From an uncultured Solirubrobacteraceae bacterium (GTDB taxonomy: Bacteria > Actinomycetota > Thermoleophilia > Solirubrobacterales > Solirubrobacteraceae), in assembly GCA_963835735.1 (NCBI GenBank), contig CAWIGP010000003.1:129737-193736 (forward strand): DNA of 64,000 nucleotides, in the 5' to 3' direction. The notes below the pieces were generated by a model. The model was not told the origin of the DNA, made no database searches, and was given only the letters and a program-made list of their open reading frames with translations. Positions 40,495 to 54,251 of this stretch are shown here, piece after piece; position 1 is the first letter of the stretch; every line of letters starts with the position of its first letter. The translations under genes were made by a program, and so were the position numbers.

Positions 40495-41057
40495 CCTGGA
40501 GCGCCGCCGCAGTCGCCCGCCTCTTCGCCATCGGCGTCGTCGGCGGGATCCTCCAGCTGACCACGGTCTCGCAGGTCGCGATCTTCGGCGTGCCGGCCGA
40601 CCTCTCGCCGCTGCTGGCCGCGACGGTCGGGTTGCTGTGCGGCTCGATCGCCGGCGCGTCGTTCGGCTTCGGCCTCGGCCTGTTCATGGACACGCTGCTG
40701 GCCCAGACGCTCGGCGTCACGTCGCTCGTCCTGCTCGCCACCGGCTACGCCGCCGGGCGGCTGCGTGAGCTGCGCGACCCGGCGCACGCGCTGATCCCGG
40801 TCGCCGTCGGCGCCGCCGCCACCGCCGCGGCCGCGATCGGCTTCACGATCCTGCAGCTGCTGCTGGGGGTCGACGCGCCGGTCTCGCTGATGCTGATCCG
40901 CCAGATCCTGCTCGTGATCGTGCTCAACACGCTGATCGCGATGCCCGTCTACCTGGCGTGCCGCCGGGTGCTCGCCCCGTTCCTGCCCGACGATCCGCGC
41001 CGCCGCCGCCGGCGCGCCTACACAACGGGCGGCCTGAGCCCGCTCAGCCGCGCGTAG
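40491..41057 (+). CDS. mreD: rod shape-determining protein MreD (polytopic membrane protein)
   Basis: In the frame of ORF 39669..41057. GTG 40491 overlaps the mreC stop (GTGA). About 5 TM helices, in the canonical position between mreC and mrdA. Confidence 0.7.
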   Translation: MTWSAAAVARLFAIGVVGGILQLTTVSQVAIFGVPADLSPLLAATVGLLCGSIAGASFGFGLGLFMDTLLAQTLGVTSLVLLATGYAAGRLRELRDPAHALIPVAVGAAATAAAAIGFTILQLLLGVDAPVSLMLIRQILLVIVLNTLIAMPVYLACRRVLAPFLPDDPRRRRRRAYTTGGLSPLSRA

Positions 41058-41059
41058 AG

Positions 41060-43232
41060 ATGCCGCCGCAGCTGGAAGAACGGAGGCCGGCGATCACGCC
41101 GCAGCTCGCGCTGCGGGTCGCCGTGCTCGGCGGCGTCGCGTTCGTCGCGTTCGCGGTGATCTTCTTCCGCCTCTGGTTCCTGCAGGTCCTGACCGGCGAC
41201 GATTACGTCAGCCAGGCGCGCGAGAACCGCGTGCGCAAGGTCAAGATCGAGGCGCCGCGGGGCAACATCATCGACCGCAACGGCAAGACGCTGGTCAAGA
41301 CGCGCGCCGCGCCGGTCGTGCAGATCCTGCCGAACTCGATCCCGGACACCGAACGCGAGGTCGCCGACAGCTACCGCGAGGCGCTCGCCGCCGTCGAGGG
41401 CCGGCGGCGCGACGCCAAGCAGGACCTGCGCGACCTCGAGCGCCGGCTGCGCGCCGACGGGCGCAAGTCCACGCGCGCGGAGCGCAGGCTGCGGCGCGAC
41501 CTGCAGCGGCAGCTCGACGCGCGCCGAGCACGTGCGCGTGGGTCCGATCCCGGCGGGCGAGCCGGCACTGCGCTCGCTCTACCGCCGGCTGGGCGTAGTG
41601 ATCGATCTCGACCCGAAGGTGATCCACCGGCGCGTGATCCAGGGCATCGCCGACCAGCCGGGCGCGAACGTGACGATCAAGACCGACGTCTCGGCGCCCG
41701 CGTTCAACTACCTGCTCGAGCACCGCGAGAACTTCCCCGGCATCGTGGTCGAGAAGCGCTATCTGCGCAATTACCCGTTCAAGACGCTCGGCGCGCAGCT
41801 GTTCGGCACGCTGCGAGAGATCTCGCCCGAGGAGCTCGGGACGGAGGAGTACCGCGGCGTCAGCCAGGGCACGCGGATCGGCAAGGACGGGATCGAGGAG
41901 ACCTACGACAAGTACCTGCGCGGTACCGACGGGTTCACGCGCGTGATCGTGAACTCGTCCGGCAATCGCGACGACAGCCGCCGCACCACGCGCACCGATC
42001 CGATCCAGGGCCGGCAGCTGCGGCTCACGCTCGACCTCGGGCTCCAGCGCGCCGCGCAGGGCGCGGTCGCCCGCGCCGTCGAGGCCGCGCAGGGCAACGG
42101 CAATCCGGCCGACGCGGGCGCGTACGTGGCGATGGATCCGCGCGACGGCGAGGTGCTCGCGCTCGGGTCGTTCCCGAGCTTCGACGCGAACGTCTTCGCC
42201 AAGCCGATCGACCAGCAGACCTACGACGAGCTCAACTCCGAGGAGAACGGGGCGCCGCTGTTCAACCGCGCTATCTCCGCGGGCTATCCGACCGGCTCGA
42301 CGTTCAAGCCGATCACCGCGTTCGCGGCGCTCGACGAGGGCATCATCACGCCGAGCACGCCGCTGTCGGATCCCGGCGTGTTCAGGTACGGCCTGCGCGA
42401 GTTCAAGAACGCGGGTGACGCGGTGTACGGCACGCTCGCGCTGCCGCGCGCGCTGCAGGTCTCCTCGGACGTGTTCTTCTACCAGCTGGGGGCCGCTGCG
42501 AACGAGCGCGGCCCGGTGATCCAGGACTGGGCGCGCCGGCTCAGCTTCGGCAAGCCGACAGGGATCGACCTGCCGGGCGAGTACGGCGGGCTCGTGCCCG
42601 ACAGCAAGTGGCGCGACTCCGAGTTCGCGAAGTACGAGCGCTGCCGCAAGAAGGAGAAGCTCGGCTACCAGTCGCAGGAGGCGCTGTTCGCGTGCGGCGG
42701 GATCGACCGTGGCTGGAGCGGCGGCGACAACGTGAACCTGTCCGTCGGCCAGGGCGACCTGCAGGCAACGCCGCTGCAACTGGCGGTCGCGTACGCGGCG
42801 ATCGCCAACGGCGGGCGCGTCATCACGCCGCATCTCGGCCAGCAGGTCGAGGACGGCGCGGGCCGCCAGCTCGAGGACATCCGCAAGCCCGCCAAGCGCC
42901 GCGCCGAGTTCGACCCCGGCGCGCTCAGCGCTGTCCGCGAGGGCCTGCGCGCGGCCGCGATGGAGTCGGGCGGCACGTCGGCCGACGTGTTCGCGGGCTT
43001 CCCCTACACGGTCTACGGCAAGACCGGCACGGCCGAGCGCGGGCTCAATCCCGACCAGTCGTGGTACGCGTGCTTCGTCGACGACCCGGTCAAGCCGATC
43101 GTCGTCGTCGTCACGGTCGAGAAGGGCGGCTTCGGCGCCGAGGCCGCCGCGCCGGCTGCGCGGCTGATCCTGTCGAAGTGGTTCGGCGTCAAGGACGGCG
43201 ACTTCCACGCGGGGACGAGCGCGACCCGATGA
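41060..43232 (+). pseudogene. mrdA: penicillin-binding protein 2 (elongasome transpeptidase), +1 frameshift
   Basis: Starts at ATG 41060 (MPPQLEERRP.., TM, FRLWFLQV). ORF 41532..43232 carries the transpeptidase motifs STFKP, SSD-type region and KTGTA. The frames join around 41510-41535 (..LQRQLDARRA / EHVRVGPIPAGE..). Confidence 0.85.
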
Positions 43233-43321
43233 TCGTGCTGGATATTGGTTTCGCCTGCCAGGCGAGCGGCTCGTTCCTCGCGCTCGCCTTCGGCGACGTT
43301 ACAGTGAGCCCCGCCGCGTGA
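43229..43321 (+). other. 30-codon ORF bridging mrdA and rodA; contains copy B (43249..43305) of the 57-nt element
   Basis: ATG 43229 overlaps the mrdA stop (ATGA) and its TGA overlaps the rodA GTG (GTGA). Peptide: MIVLDIGFACQASGSFLALAFGDVTVSPAA. Whether it is translated is unknown. Confidence 0.35.
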
Positions 43322-44517
43322 GCACCGCGACCCCGATCAAGCCGGCCTCGGACCCGCCGCCGTCGCTCGCCCCACGCGAGTGGCGGTTGCGGCTCGATCC
43401 GCTCCTGCTACTCGCCGCGCTCGGCCTGGTGGCGTGCTCGCTGATCGCTCTGCGGGGCGCCACGCGCGCCGACGTCCCCGGCGACCCCTACTACTACGTC
43501 AGCCGCCAGGCGATCTACGCGGGCGTCGGAGTCGTGCTGATGTACGTGGTCTCGCGAATCGACTACTCGCGCTTGCAGGAGCTGCGCTACGCCGCCTACG
43601 GCGTGCTGATCGGGCTGCTCCTGCTGGTGCTCGGCGTATCGACCACGACCCGCGGGGCGAACGCGTGGGTCGAGCTGCCGTTCTTCCGCTTCCAGCCTTC
43701 CGAGTTCGGCAAGGTGCTGCTGGTCGTCGCGCTGGCCGGCTTCCTGGTCAGCCGGATGCGGCTGATGGGCCGCCAGACGACCGCGCGGATCGTGCTGCTC
43801 GGCCTGATCCCGACGATGCTCGTGATGGCCGAGAACGACCTCGGCTCCGCGCTCGTGTACGCCGTCGGCATCCTCGCCGTGCTGTTCGTCGCGGGGGCGC
43901 CGTGGCGGCACTTCGCGGCGCTCGGCGCGCTCGGCGCGGTCTCGCTGGGCATCGTGCTGGCGGGTGCGCCGGCGCTCGGCGTCGAGGTGCTCAAGCCCTA
44001 CCAGAAGGACCGCCTGACGTCGTTCCTGGAGCCGTCGGCCGATCCGGCCGACGCCGGCTACCAGCAGCACCAGGCGCTGATCGCCGTGGGCTCGGGGGAG
44101 AAGACCGGCCGCGGCGTCGACAACGCCACTCAGACCGGGCTCGACTTCCTGCCCGAGCACCACACGGACTTCATCTTCGCCGTGGTCGGCGAGACCTACG
44201 GATTCGCCGGCTGCGCGCTCGTGCTTTCGTTGTACGCGTTATTGATATGGCGCGCGCTCCACATCCTGACCATCGCGAAGAATCTCTACGGGGCCTTGCT
44301 GGCCGGCGGCATCACCGTGATGCTGCTGTTCCAGCTCTTCGTCAACGTCGGGATGAACGTGGGCATAATGCCCATCACGGGCGTCACCGCCCCACTCCTT
44401 TCTTACGGCGGGTCATCCATGCTCGCCACCTTCCTGGCCATCGGCCTACTCCAGTCGGTCAACGCGCAGGCGCGCGAGACCGCTGCGATCAAGGGCCGGG
44501 CCACCGTCTTCGAATGA
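43318..44517 (+). CDS. rodA: FtsW/RodA/SpoVE (SEDS) family peptidoglycan polymerase, RodA by context
   Basis: 399-aa polytopic ORF immediately after mrdA. Typical SEDS sequence (EHHTDFIFAVVGE, PITGVTAPLLSYGGSS). Confidence 0.9.
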   Translation: MSTATPIKPASDPPPSLAPREWRLRLDPLLLLAALGLVACSLIALRGATRADVPGDPYYYVSRQAIYAGVGVVLMYVVSRIDYSRLQELRYAAYGVLIGLLLLVLGVSTTTRGANAWVELPFFRFQPSEFGKVLLVVALAGFLVSRMRLMGRQTTARIVLLGLIPTMLVMAENDLGSALVYAVGILAVLFVAGAPWRHFAALGALGAVSLGIVLAGAPALGVEVLKPYQKDRLTSFLEPSADPADAGYQQHQALIAVGSGEKTGRGVDNATQTGLDFLPEHHTDFIFAVVGETYGFAGCALVLSLYALLIWRALHILTIAKNLYGALLAGGITVMLLFQLFVNVGMNVGIMPITGVTAPLLSYGGSSMLATFLAIGLLQSVNAQARETAAIKGRATVFE

Positions 44518-44526
44518 GGTATCCAA

Positions 44527-46701
44527 GTGAAAAAGCAAGTGCTGGTCACCGTCGACCGGGGGGAGACCCGGGTCGCGATGCTGGAGGCCGCGGGCGAGGT
44601 ACCGGCCGCCCGTAGGTCGCGCCGCCGCAAGAAGGGCGGCCTCCCCACCGGCTATCGCGTCGCCGAGGTCTACTTCGAGCGCCGCGGCGGCCGATCGATC
44701 GTCGGCAACATCTACAAGGGCAAGGTCGACAACGTCCTGCCCGGCCTCGAGGCGGCGTTCGTCGACTTCGGGGAGGACAAGAACGGCTTCCTGCACGTCG
44801 ACGAGATCGTGCTGCCGGGTGTCGACCAGGTGAGGCGCGGCCGCGGCAAGGAGAGCGGCCCGCGCATCACCGAGCTGCTCAAGCCCGGGCAGGAGATCGT
44901 CGTGCAGGTGATCAAGGACCCGCTCAAGACCAAGGGCGCGCGGCTCACGATGGAGCTGACGATCGCCGGCCGCTACATGGTCTACGCGCCGACCGGCGAG
45001 GGCGTCGGCGTCTCGCGCCGGCTGGAGGACGCCGAGCGCACGCGGCTGCGGCAGGAGGCCAAGTCGCTCGACCTCGGCGGCGGCGGCGCGATCATCCGCA
45101 CGGCCGCGCACGGCGCGTCGCGCGCCGACTTCGAGCGCGAGCTCAGCTACCTGTTCAAGCTCAACGAGGTGCTGCAGAAGCGGGTCGCGGAGACGCCCGC
45201 GCCCGCGCTCGTGTTCCAGGAGGCCGACCTGTCGGTCCGCGTCGTGCGCGACATCTTCTCCGCGCACTTCGAGCGCGCGATCGTCGACGACCCCAAGCAG
45301 CACCACCGGCTGATCTCGTTCTTCACCCGCACCGCGCCCGAGCTGGTCGACCGCGTCGAGCTGTGGGAGGAGGACACGCCGCTGTTCGAGGCCTACGGCG
45401 TCGACCCGGTGATCGAGGGCATGCTCTCCCGCCGCGTCGACCTGCCCAGCGGCGGCTACCTGATGATCGACTACGCCGAGGCGCTCACGGTGATCGACGT
45501 CAACACCGGCTCCTACACCGGCAAGGGCAAGACTGCGCGGCTGGAGGACACGATCACGCGCACGAACCTGGAGGCGGCCGAGGAGGTCGTCAACCAGCTG
45601 CGGCTGCGCGACATCGGCGGCATCATCGTCATCGACTTCATCGACATGGCGCGGGCGCGCAACCGCGACGCCGTGCTGAAGACGCTGCGCAAGGCGCTCG
45701 ACGAGGACCGCACGAAGACGTTCGTGGTCGAGATCTCGCCGCTCGGGCTGGTCGAGATGACGCGCCAGAACGTCACCGACGGGGCGCGCGAGATCATGAC
45801 CAAGGCCTGCCCGACGTGCGGCGGCGAGGGCGTCGTGAAGTCGGAGGAGACGATCGCGATCGAGGCCGAGCGGCGGCTGCGCGAGCTGGTCGCCGAAGCC
45901 GGCGCGGACGCGCCCGAGGCCTACCTCGTGCGCATGAACCCGAAAGTCACGGCCTTCTTCACCGCCGACGGCGCTCGCATGCTGCACGGACTGGAGGAGG
46001 AGACCAACCGCTTCTTCCACTTCACCGGGTCCGAAGGCCTGCCGCTCGACCACTTCGCGATCGTCGAGGCGGGCGCGCGGGCGCAGATCGAGGAGCAGAG
46101 CGTCCCGTTCCGCGAGGGCGAGGAGGTGCACGTCGACATCGTCGAGCCGCACATGTACTCCGAGGACGACGCGGTGGCGAAGGTCGACGGCTACCTGATC
46201 GAGGTCACCGACGCGATCCCGTACGTCGGCGAGAAGATGATGGTCCGGATCGAGCAGGCCGGGCGAACCGCCGCGCGGGCGGTGCTGACCGGCGAGGTGG
46301 CCGAGCAGGCCGCCGCCGCGACGGTCGAGCGGCGCCAGTCGCGCGAGCGGTCGGCCAAGCGTGCGGCGACCGCGGCGCGGACACGGGCGCGCAGGAAGCC
46401 GGTCGAGGCTCCGGCGCCGCCGGAGAGCGAGGAGGTCGAGGCGGTCGAGACGCTCGTCGACGACGACTCGGCCGTGCACGCCGGGACCGGCCCGGCGGCT
46501 GTCGCGGAGGCCGACGAGGACGCCGCGAAGCCGAGGGGCCGCAGGCGCTCCCGCACGCGCGCCGCGGCGGACGAGCCGGCGGAGGCGGCCGAGGACGCCA
46601 CGGACGACGCGGTATCATCGAAGCCTCGGCGCCGTGGCCGCAGAGGCGGACGGCGCCGTTCGCGTGCGAACGCCGCCGAAGTCTCCGACGCCAGCGAGTG
46701 A
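44527..46701 (+). CDS. rne: Rne/Rng family ribonuclease (RNase E/G)
   Basis: 724-aa ORF with an S1 domain (GNIYKGKVDNVLPGLEAAFVDFG), the catalytic core (IDVNTG..., DFIDM) and an Arg/Ala/Glu-rich low-complexity C-terminus. Confidence 0.85.
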   Translation: MKKQVLVTVDRGETRVAMLEAAGEVPAARRSRRRKKGGLPTGYRVAEVYFERRGGRSIVGNIYKGKVDNVLPGLEAAFVDFGEDKNGFLHVDEIVLPGVDQVRRGRGKESGPRITELLKPGQEIVVQVIKDPLKTKGARLTMELTIAGRYMVYAPTGEGVGVSRRLEDAERTRLRQEAKSLDLGGGGAIIRTAAHGASRADFERELSYLFKLNEVLQKRVAETPAPALVFQEADLSVRVVRDIFSAHFERAIVDDPKQHHRLISFFTRTAPELVDRVELWEEDTPLFEAYGVDPVIEGMLSRRVDLPSGGYLMIDYAEALTVIDVNTGSYTGKGKTARLEDTITRTNLEAAEEVVNQLRLRDIGGIIVIDFIDMARARNRDAVLKTLRKALDEDRTKTFVVEISPLGLVEMTRQNVTDGAREIMTKACPTCGGEGVVKSEETIAIEAERRLRELVAEAGADAPEAYLVRMNPKVTAFFTADGARMLHGLEEETNRFFHFTGSEGLPLDHFAIVEAGARAQIEEQSVPFREGEEVHVDIVEPHMYSEDDAVAKVDGYLIEVTDAIPYVGEKMMVRIEQAGRTAARAVLTGEVAEQAAAATVERRQSRERSAKRAATAARTRARRKPVEAPAPPESEEVEAVETLVDDDSAVHAGTGPAAVAEADEDAAKPRGRRRSRTRAAADEPAEAAEDATDDAVSSKPRRRGRRGGRRRSRANAAEVSDASE

Positions 46702-46710
46702 CCTGAACAA

Positions 46711-47034
46711 ATGCCCGAATCCACCTACGCCGTAGTCCGCACCGGCGGCAAGCAATACCGCGTCGAGGAGGGCACCACGTTCCTTGTCGAGCGACTGGGC
46801 GCCGACGAGGGTGCCACCGTCGACCTCGAGCCGCTGCTGTACGCCAGCGGCGACGAGTCGCTGTTCGGCGACAAGCTCGGGAAGGTCTCCGTTCAGGCGA
46901 CCGTGCTCGGCCACGAGCGCGGCCCGAAGCTCCGCATCTTCAAGTTCAAGCCCAAGCGCGGCTACAAGCGCACCGCCGGCCACCGGCAGGAGCTCACGCG
47001 GCTCCAGGTCACGGGCATCAAGAAGGGGAAGTAG
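46711..47034 (+). CDS. rplU: 50S ribosomal protein L21
   Basis: 107-aa ORF: [16 protein letters not shown].... Confidence 0.95.
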   Translation: MPESTYAVVRTGGKQYRVEEGTTFLVERLGADEGATVDLEPLLYASGDESLFGDKLGKVSVQATVLGHERGPKLRIFKFKPKRGYKRTAGHRQELTRLQVTGIKKGK

Positions 47035-47039
47035 ACGAG

Positions 47040-47283
47040 ATGGCGCACAAGAAGGGCCTCGGCTCCAGCCGCAACGGCCGCGACTCCAACGCCAAGCGCC
47101 TCGGCGTGAAGGTCTTCGCCGGCGAGGTCGTCAGCGGCGGCGAGATCATCGTCCGCCAGCGCGGGACCCGCTTCAAGCCGGGCGACGGCGTCGGGATCGG
47201 CCGCGACGACACGATCTTCGCGACGACCGCGGGGATCGTGCAGTTCACCGAGGGCCGCCGCGGCCGGGTGATCTCGGTCGCGC

Positions 47284-47309
<26 letters not shown>
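47040..47309 (+). CDS. rpmA: 50S ribosomal protein L27
   Basis: 89-aa ORF: [24 protein letters not shown].... Confidence 0.95.
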
Positions 47310-50794
<3,485 letters not shown>

Positions 50795-50822
50795 CTTCCC
50801 GCGCCGTAGGCTTACGCGCCGC

Positions 50823-51917
50823 GTGCCCGTCGCCGTCGTCAAGCTCGGATCGTCGGTCGTGGCCCAGGATTCGGGCGAGCTGCGCCTGTCCGTGCTCGCG
50901 CGCGTGTGCGAGGACGTCGCCGCGCTGCACCGCGGCGGCGTCGACGTCGTGATCGTCACGTCGGGGGCGATCGCCCGCGGCATCCATCTGCTCGAGCGGC
51001 CGGTCCGCCGCTCCGAGATCGCCGAGCTGCAGGCCGCGAGCGCGCTGGGACAGGGCCGGCTGTACCGCACGTATGACGACCTGCTGCGCGAGCAGGGGGT
51101 GCAGACGGCGCAGGTCCTGCTCACGTTCTTCGACATGAGCGCGCGCTCGCACTACCTCAACGCGCGTCGCACGCTGCAGACGCTGCTCGGCTGGCGCGTG
51201 GTGCCCGTGATCAACGAGAACGACACCACGACGACCGACGAGATCTCGTTCGGCGACAACGACTTCCTGGCAGCGCAGGTAGCCGTGCTGCTCGGCGCGG
51301 ATCTGCTGCTGCTCCTGACCGAGGTCGACGGGCTCTACACGGCGAACCCGCGCCGCGACCCGGGCGCCACGCTGGTCGAGGAGGTCACCGATCCGGCCGA
51401 GCTCAGCGACATGCAGATCGGTCACGAGGTCTCGCCGCTCGGTTCGGGCGGCATGCGCTCGAAGGTCGTCGCGGCCGAGATGGCGACCGCGGCGGGGATC
51501 CCGACGCTGATCGCCAGCGGGACCGAATCGGGGGCGATCTCGCGCGCGTGGGCGGGCGAGCGGGTCGGGACGCGCTTCGCCCCGCAGGCGGTGCGCCAGT
51601 CGAGCTTCAAGCTGTGGCTGAAGTTCGCCAAGCCGGCGCAGGGCACGGTGACCGTCGACGCGGGCGCCGCGCGCGCGCTGCGCGAGGGAGGCACGAGCCT
51701 GTTGCCGGTCGGGATCGTGGACGTGGCGGGCGAGTTCGACGCGGGCGATGCGGTCGAGGTGCGCGAGGCCGGCGCCGGCGAGATCGGCAAGGGCATCTGC
51801 AACTACTCGGCCGCCGAGCTGCGCACGGTCATGGGGATGAAGAGCACGCAGGTGCGCGAGCGGCTGCCGCGGGCGACCGACGAGGCCGTGCACCGCGATT
51901 ACTTCGTGCTGGCCTAG
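50823..51917 (+). CDS. proB: glutamate 5-kinase
   Basis: Inside ORF 50661..51917, GTG 50823. VVKLGSSVV, VIVTSGAI, NENDT and a C-terminal PUA domain. Confidence 0.9.
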   Translation: MPVAVVKLGSSVVAQDSGELRLSVLARVCEDVAALHRGGVDVVIVTSGAIARGIHLLERPVRRSEIAELQAASALGQGRLYRTYDDLLREQGVQTAQVLLTFFDMSARSHYLNARRTLQTLLGWRVVPVINENDTTTTDEISFGDNDFLAAQVAVLLGADLLLLLTEVDGLYTANPRRDPGATLVEEVTDPAELSDMQIGHEVSPLGSGGMRSKVVAAEMATAAGIPTLIASGTESGAISRAWAGERVGTRFAPQAVRQSSFKLWLKFAKPAQGTVTVDAGAARALREGGTSLLPVGIVDVAGEFDAGDAVEVREAGAGEIGKGICNYSAAELRTVMGMKSTQVRERLPRATDEAVHRDYFVLA

Positions 51918-51942
51918 CAGCGCGGTCGCCTATCCTTGGCCG

Positions 51943-53208
51943 ATGGCCGTCGCCACCCAGTCCGTCACGGACGTGTGCCGCGCCGCCAAGGATGCGGCGC
52001 GCCGGCTGGCCATGCTCGACTCCGCCACCAAGGACCGCGCGCTGCTCGCGATCGCCGACGCGCTCGAGGCCCGCACGGGCGAGATCCTCGATGCGAACGC
52101 GCGCGATCTCGAGGCGGGGCGGGAGTCCGGGCTCTCCCACGCGCTGATGGACCGGCTCGCGCTCGACGCGGGCCGCGTCGCCGCGATGGCGCGCGGCGTG
52201 CGCGAGATCGTCGCGCTGCCCGACCCTGTCGGCGAGGTGATCGACGGGTCGCGGTTCGCGAACGGGCTGGCGATGCGCAAGGTGCGCGTGCCGCTCGGCG
52301 TCGTCGCGGTCGTCTACGAGGCGCGGCCGAACGTGACGATCGACGCGGCCGCGCTGGCTTTGAAGTCCGGCAACGCGATCGTGCTGCGCGGATCCTCGTC
52401 GGCGGCTCACTCGAACGCGGTGCTGGCGAGCGTCGCGCGCGCGGCCGCCGAGGCGAACGGGCTGCCGAGCGGCGCCTTGGCGCTCGTCGCCGGCGGTGGG
52501 CGCGAGGAGCTGGCCGAGCTGGCCGGCCAGGAGGGCCTGGTCGACCTGATCATCCCGCGCGGCGGCGAGGGGCTGAAGAAGGCGCTGCAGGCAGTCGCCA
52601 AGGTGCCGGTGATCTACGCGGCTTCGGGCAACTGCCACGTCTATGTCGACGCCGGCGCCGACGTCGAGGACGCGCGCGCGATCATCCTCAACGCCAAGAC
52701 GCAGCGGCCCGGCGTCTGCAATGCGGCCGAGACGCTGCTCGTGCACGCCGACGTCGCCGATCGCTTCCTGCCGGGCGCGCTGCGGGCGTTGCACGACGCG
52801 GGCGTCGAGCTGCGCGGCGACGACCGGTCGCGGGCCCTGGCCGGCGGCGTGCCGGTGGTCGAGGCGACCGAGGAGGACTACGCCGAGGAGTTCCTCGCGC
52901 TGATCCTCGCCGTGCGCGTCGTCGACTCCGCGGACGAGGCGATCGAGCACGTCAACGTCTACGGCTCCGGGCACTCGGAGGCGATCGTGACCGAGTCGGT
53001 CTCCGCGGCGCGGGCGTTCCAGCTCGGCGTCGACGCCGCGTGCGTGTACGTGAACGCGTCGACGCGCTTCACCGACGGCGGCGAGTTCGGCATGGGCGCC
53101 GAGATCGGCAACTCGACCCAGAAGCTGCATGCGCGCGGCCCGATCGGCCTGCGCGAGCTGTGCACGTTCAAGTACCTGGTCGAGGGCACCGGTCAGGTCC
53201 GGACGTAG
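51943..53208 (+). CDS. proA: glutamate-5-semialdehyde dehydrogenase
   Basis: 421-aa ORF with the aldehyde-dehydrogenase fold and the catalytic Cys region (RPGVCNAAETLLVH). Confidence 0.9.
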   Translation: MAVATQSVTDVCRAAKDAARRLAMLDSATKDRALLAIADALEARTGEILDANARDLEAGRESGLSHALMDRLALDAGRVAAMARGVREIVALPDPVGEVIDGSRFANGLAMRKVRVPLGVVAVVYEARPNVTIDAAALALKSGNAIVLRGSSSAAHSNAVLASVARAAAEANGLPSGALALVAGGGREELAELAGQEGLVDLIIPRGGEGLKKALQAVAKVPVIYAASGNCHVYVDAGADVEDARAIILNAKTQRPGVCNAAETLLVHADVADRFLPGALRALHDAGVELRGDDRSRALAGGVPVVEATEEDYAEEFLALILAVRVVDSADEAIEHVNVYGSGHSEAIVTESVSAARAFQLGVDAACVYVNASTRFTDGGEFGMGAEIGNSTQKLHARGPIGLRELCTFKYLVEGTGQVRT

Positions 53209-53214
53209 CCGCGC

Positions 53215-53856
53215 GTGGCGCGCGTCGGCCTGCTCGGCGGGACCTTCAACCCCCCGCACATCGCGCACCTCGTGTGCGCGCAGGAGGCGCTCGTGCAGCT
53301 CGGCCTGGACCGCGTGCTGCTCGTCCCGGCGGGCGAGCCGCCGCATAAGGCGGTCGAGGCGGAGCCGGGCGTCGCTCATCGCGTCGCGATGTGTGAGCTG
53401 GCGGTGGCGGGCGACGAACGGCTGGGCGTCTCGCGCGCCGACGCCGAGCGGTCCGGCCCGGCCTACACGGTCGAGCTGTTGCGTGCGCTGAGCGGGCCGG
53501 ACGAGCTCAGCTTCATAGTCGGCGGCGACGTGGCGTACTCGCTGCCGGCGTGGCGCGAGCCGGAGCAGGTGCTCGCGCTCGCGCGGTTCGCGGTCGCCGA
53601 GCGCGAGGGCGTGCGGCGGGCGGACATCGCCGAGCGGCTGTCCGGGCTCGCCGGCGTACCGGAGCGGATCGACTTCTTCGAAATGCCGCGGCTCGACATC
53701 TCCAGCTCGCTGCTGCGCCGGCGCGCGGCGGCGGGCGGACCGCTGCGCTACCTGGTCCCGGATGCAGTGGCCGAATACATCGAACGGGAGCGTCTGTACA
53801 CGCCAGCGCAACCGGCGCCGTCTGGCGCCCGCCTATCCTTGGGGGGCAGCGCATGA
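53215..53856 (+). CDS. nadD: nicotinate-nucleotide adenylyltransferase
   Basis: 213-aa ORF with GGTFNPPHIAHL (the HxGH-type motif) and an ISSS region. Confidence 0.9.
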   Translation: MARVGLLGGTFNPPHIAHLVCAQEALVQLGLDRVLLVPAGEPPHKAVEAEPGVAHRVAMCELAVAGDERLGVSRADAERSGPAYTVELLRALSGPDELSFIVGGDVAYSLPAWREPEQVLALARFAVAEREGVRRADIAERLSGLAGVPERIDFFEMPRLDISSSLLRRRAAAGGPLRYLVPDAVAEYIERERLYTPAQPAPSGARLSLGGSA

Positions 53857-54239
53857 ACCAGACCAGCAGCGGCACCACCACACACGACACCACCGACCCC
53901 GCCGGCCTCGCCCGCCAGATCGTCGACTACGCGGCCGACAAGAAGGCGATCGACATCGCCGAGCTCGACCTCCGCGGGGTGCTCGGCTACACCGACTTCT
54001 TCGTCGTCTGCTCGGGCAACACCGACCGCCAGGTCAAGGCGATCCACGACGGGATCCACCAGGGGCTCAAGAAGGAGCATGGCCTGCTGCCGCGGCGCGT
54101 CGAGGGACTCGCCGAGGCGCGCTGGATCCTCATGGACTACCTCGACGTCATCGTGCACGTCTTCACGCCGGAGGCGCGCGAGTTCTACCGGCTCGAGCAG
54201 CTCTGGGGCGAGGCGCCGCGACGCGCAGTCGCGGAGTAG
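53853..54239 (+). CDS. rsfS: ribosome silencing factor RsfS
   Basis: In the frame of ORF 53550..54239. ATG 53853 overlaps the nadD stop (ATGA). TDFFVVCSGNTDRQVKAI...WILMDYLDVIVHVF is the RsfS/iojap signature. Confidence 0.9.
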   Translation: MNQTSSGTTTHDTTDPAGLARQIVDYAADKKAIDIAELDLRGVLGYTDFFVVCSGNTDRQVKAIHDGIHQGLKKEHGLLPRRVEGLAEARWILMDYLDVIVHVFTPEAREFYRLEQLWGEAPRRAVAE

Positions 54240-54251
54240 TACGAGCTCCTC

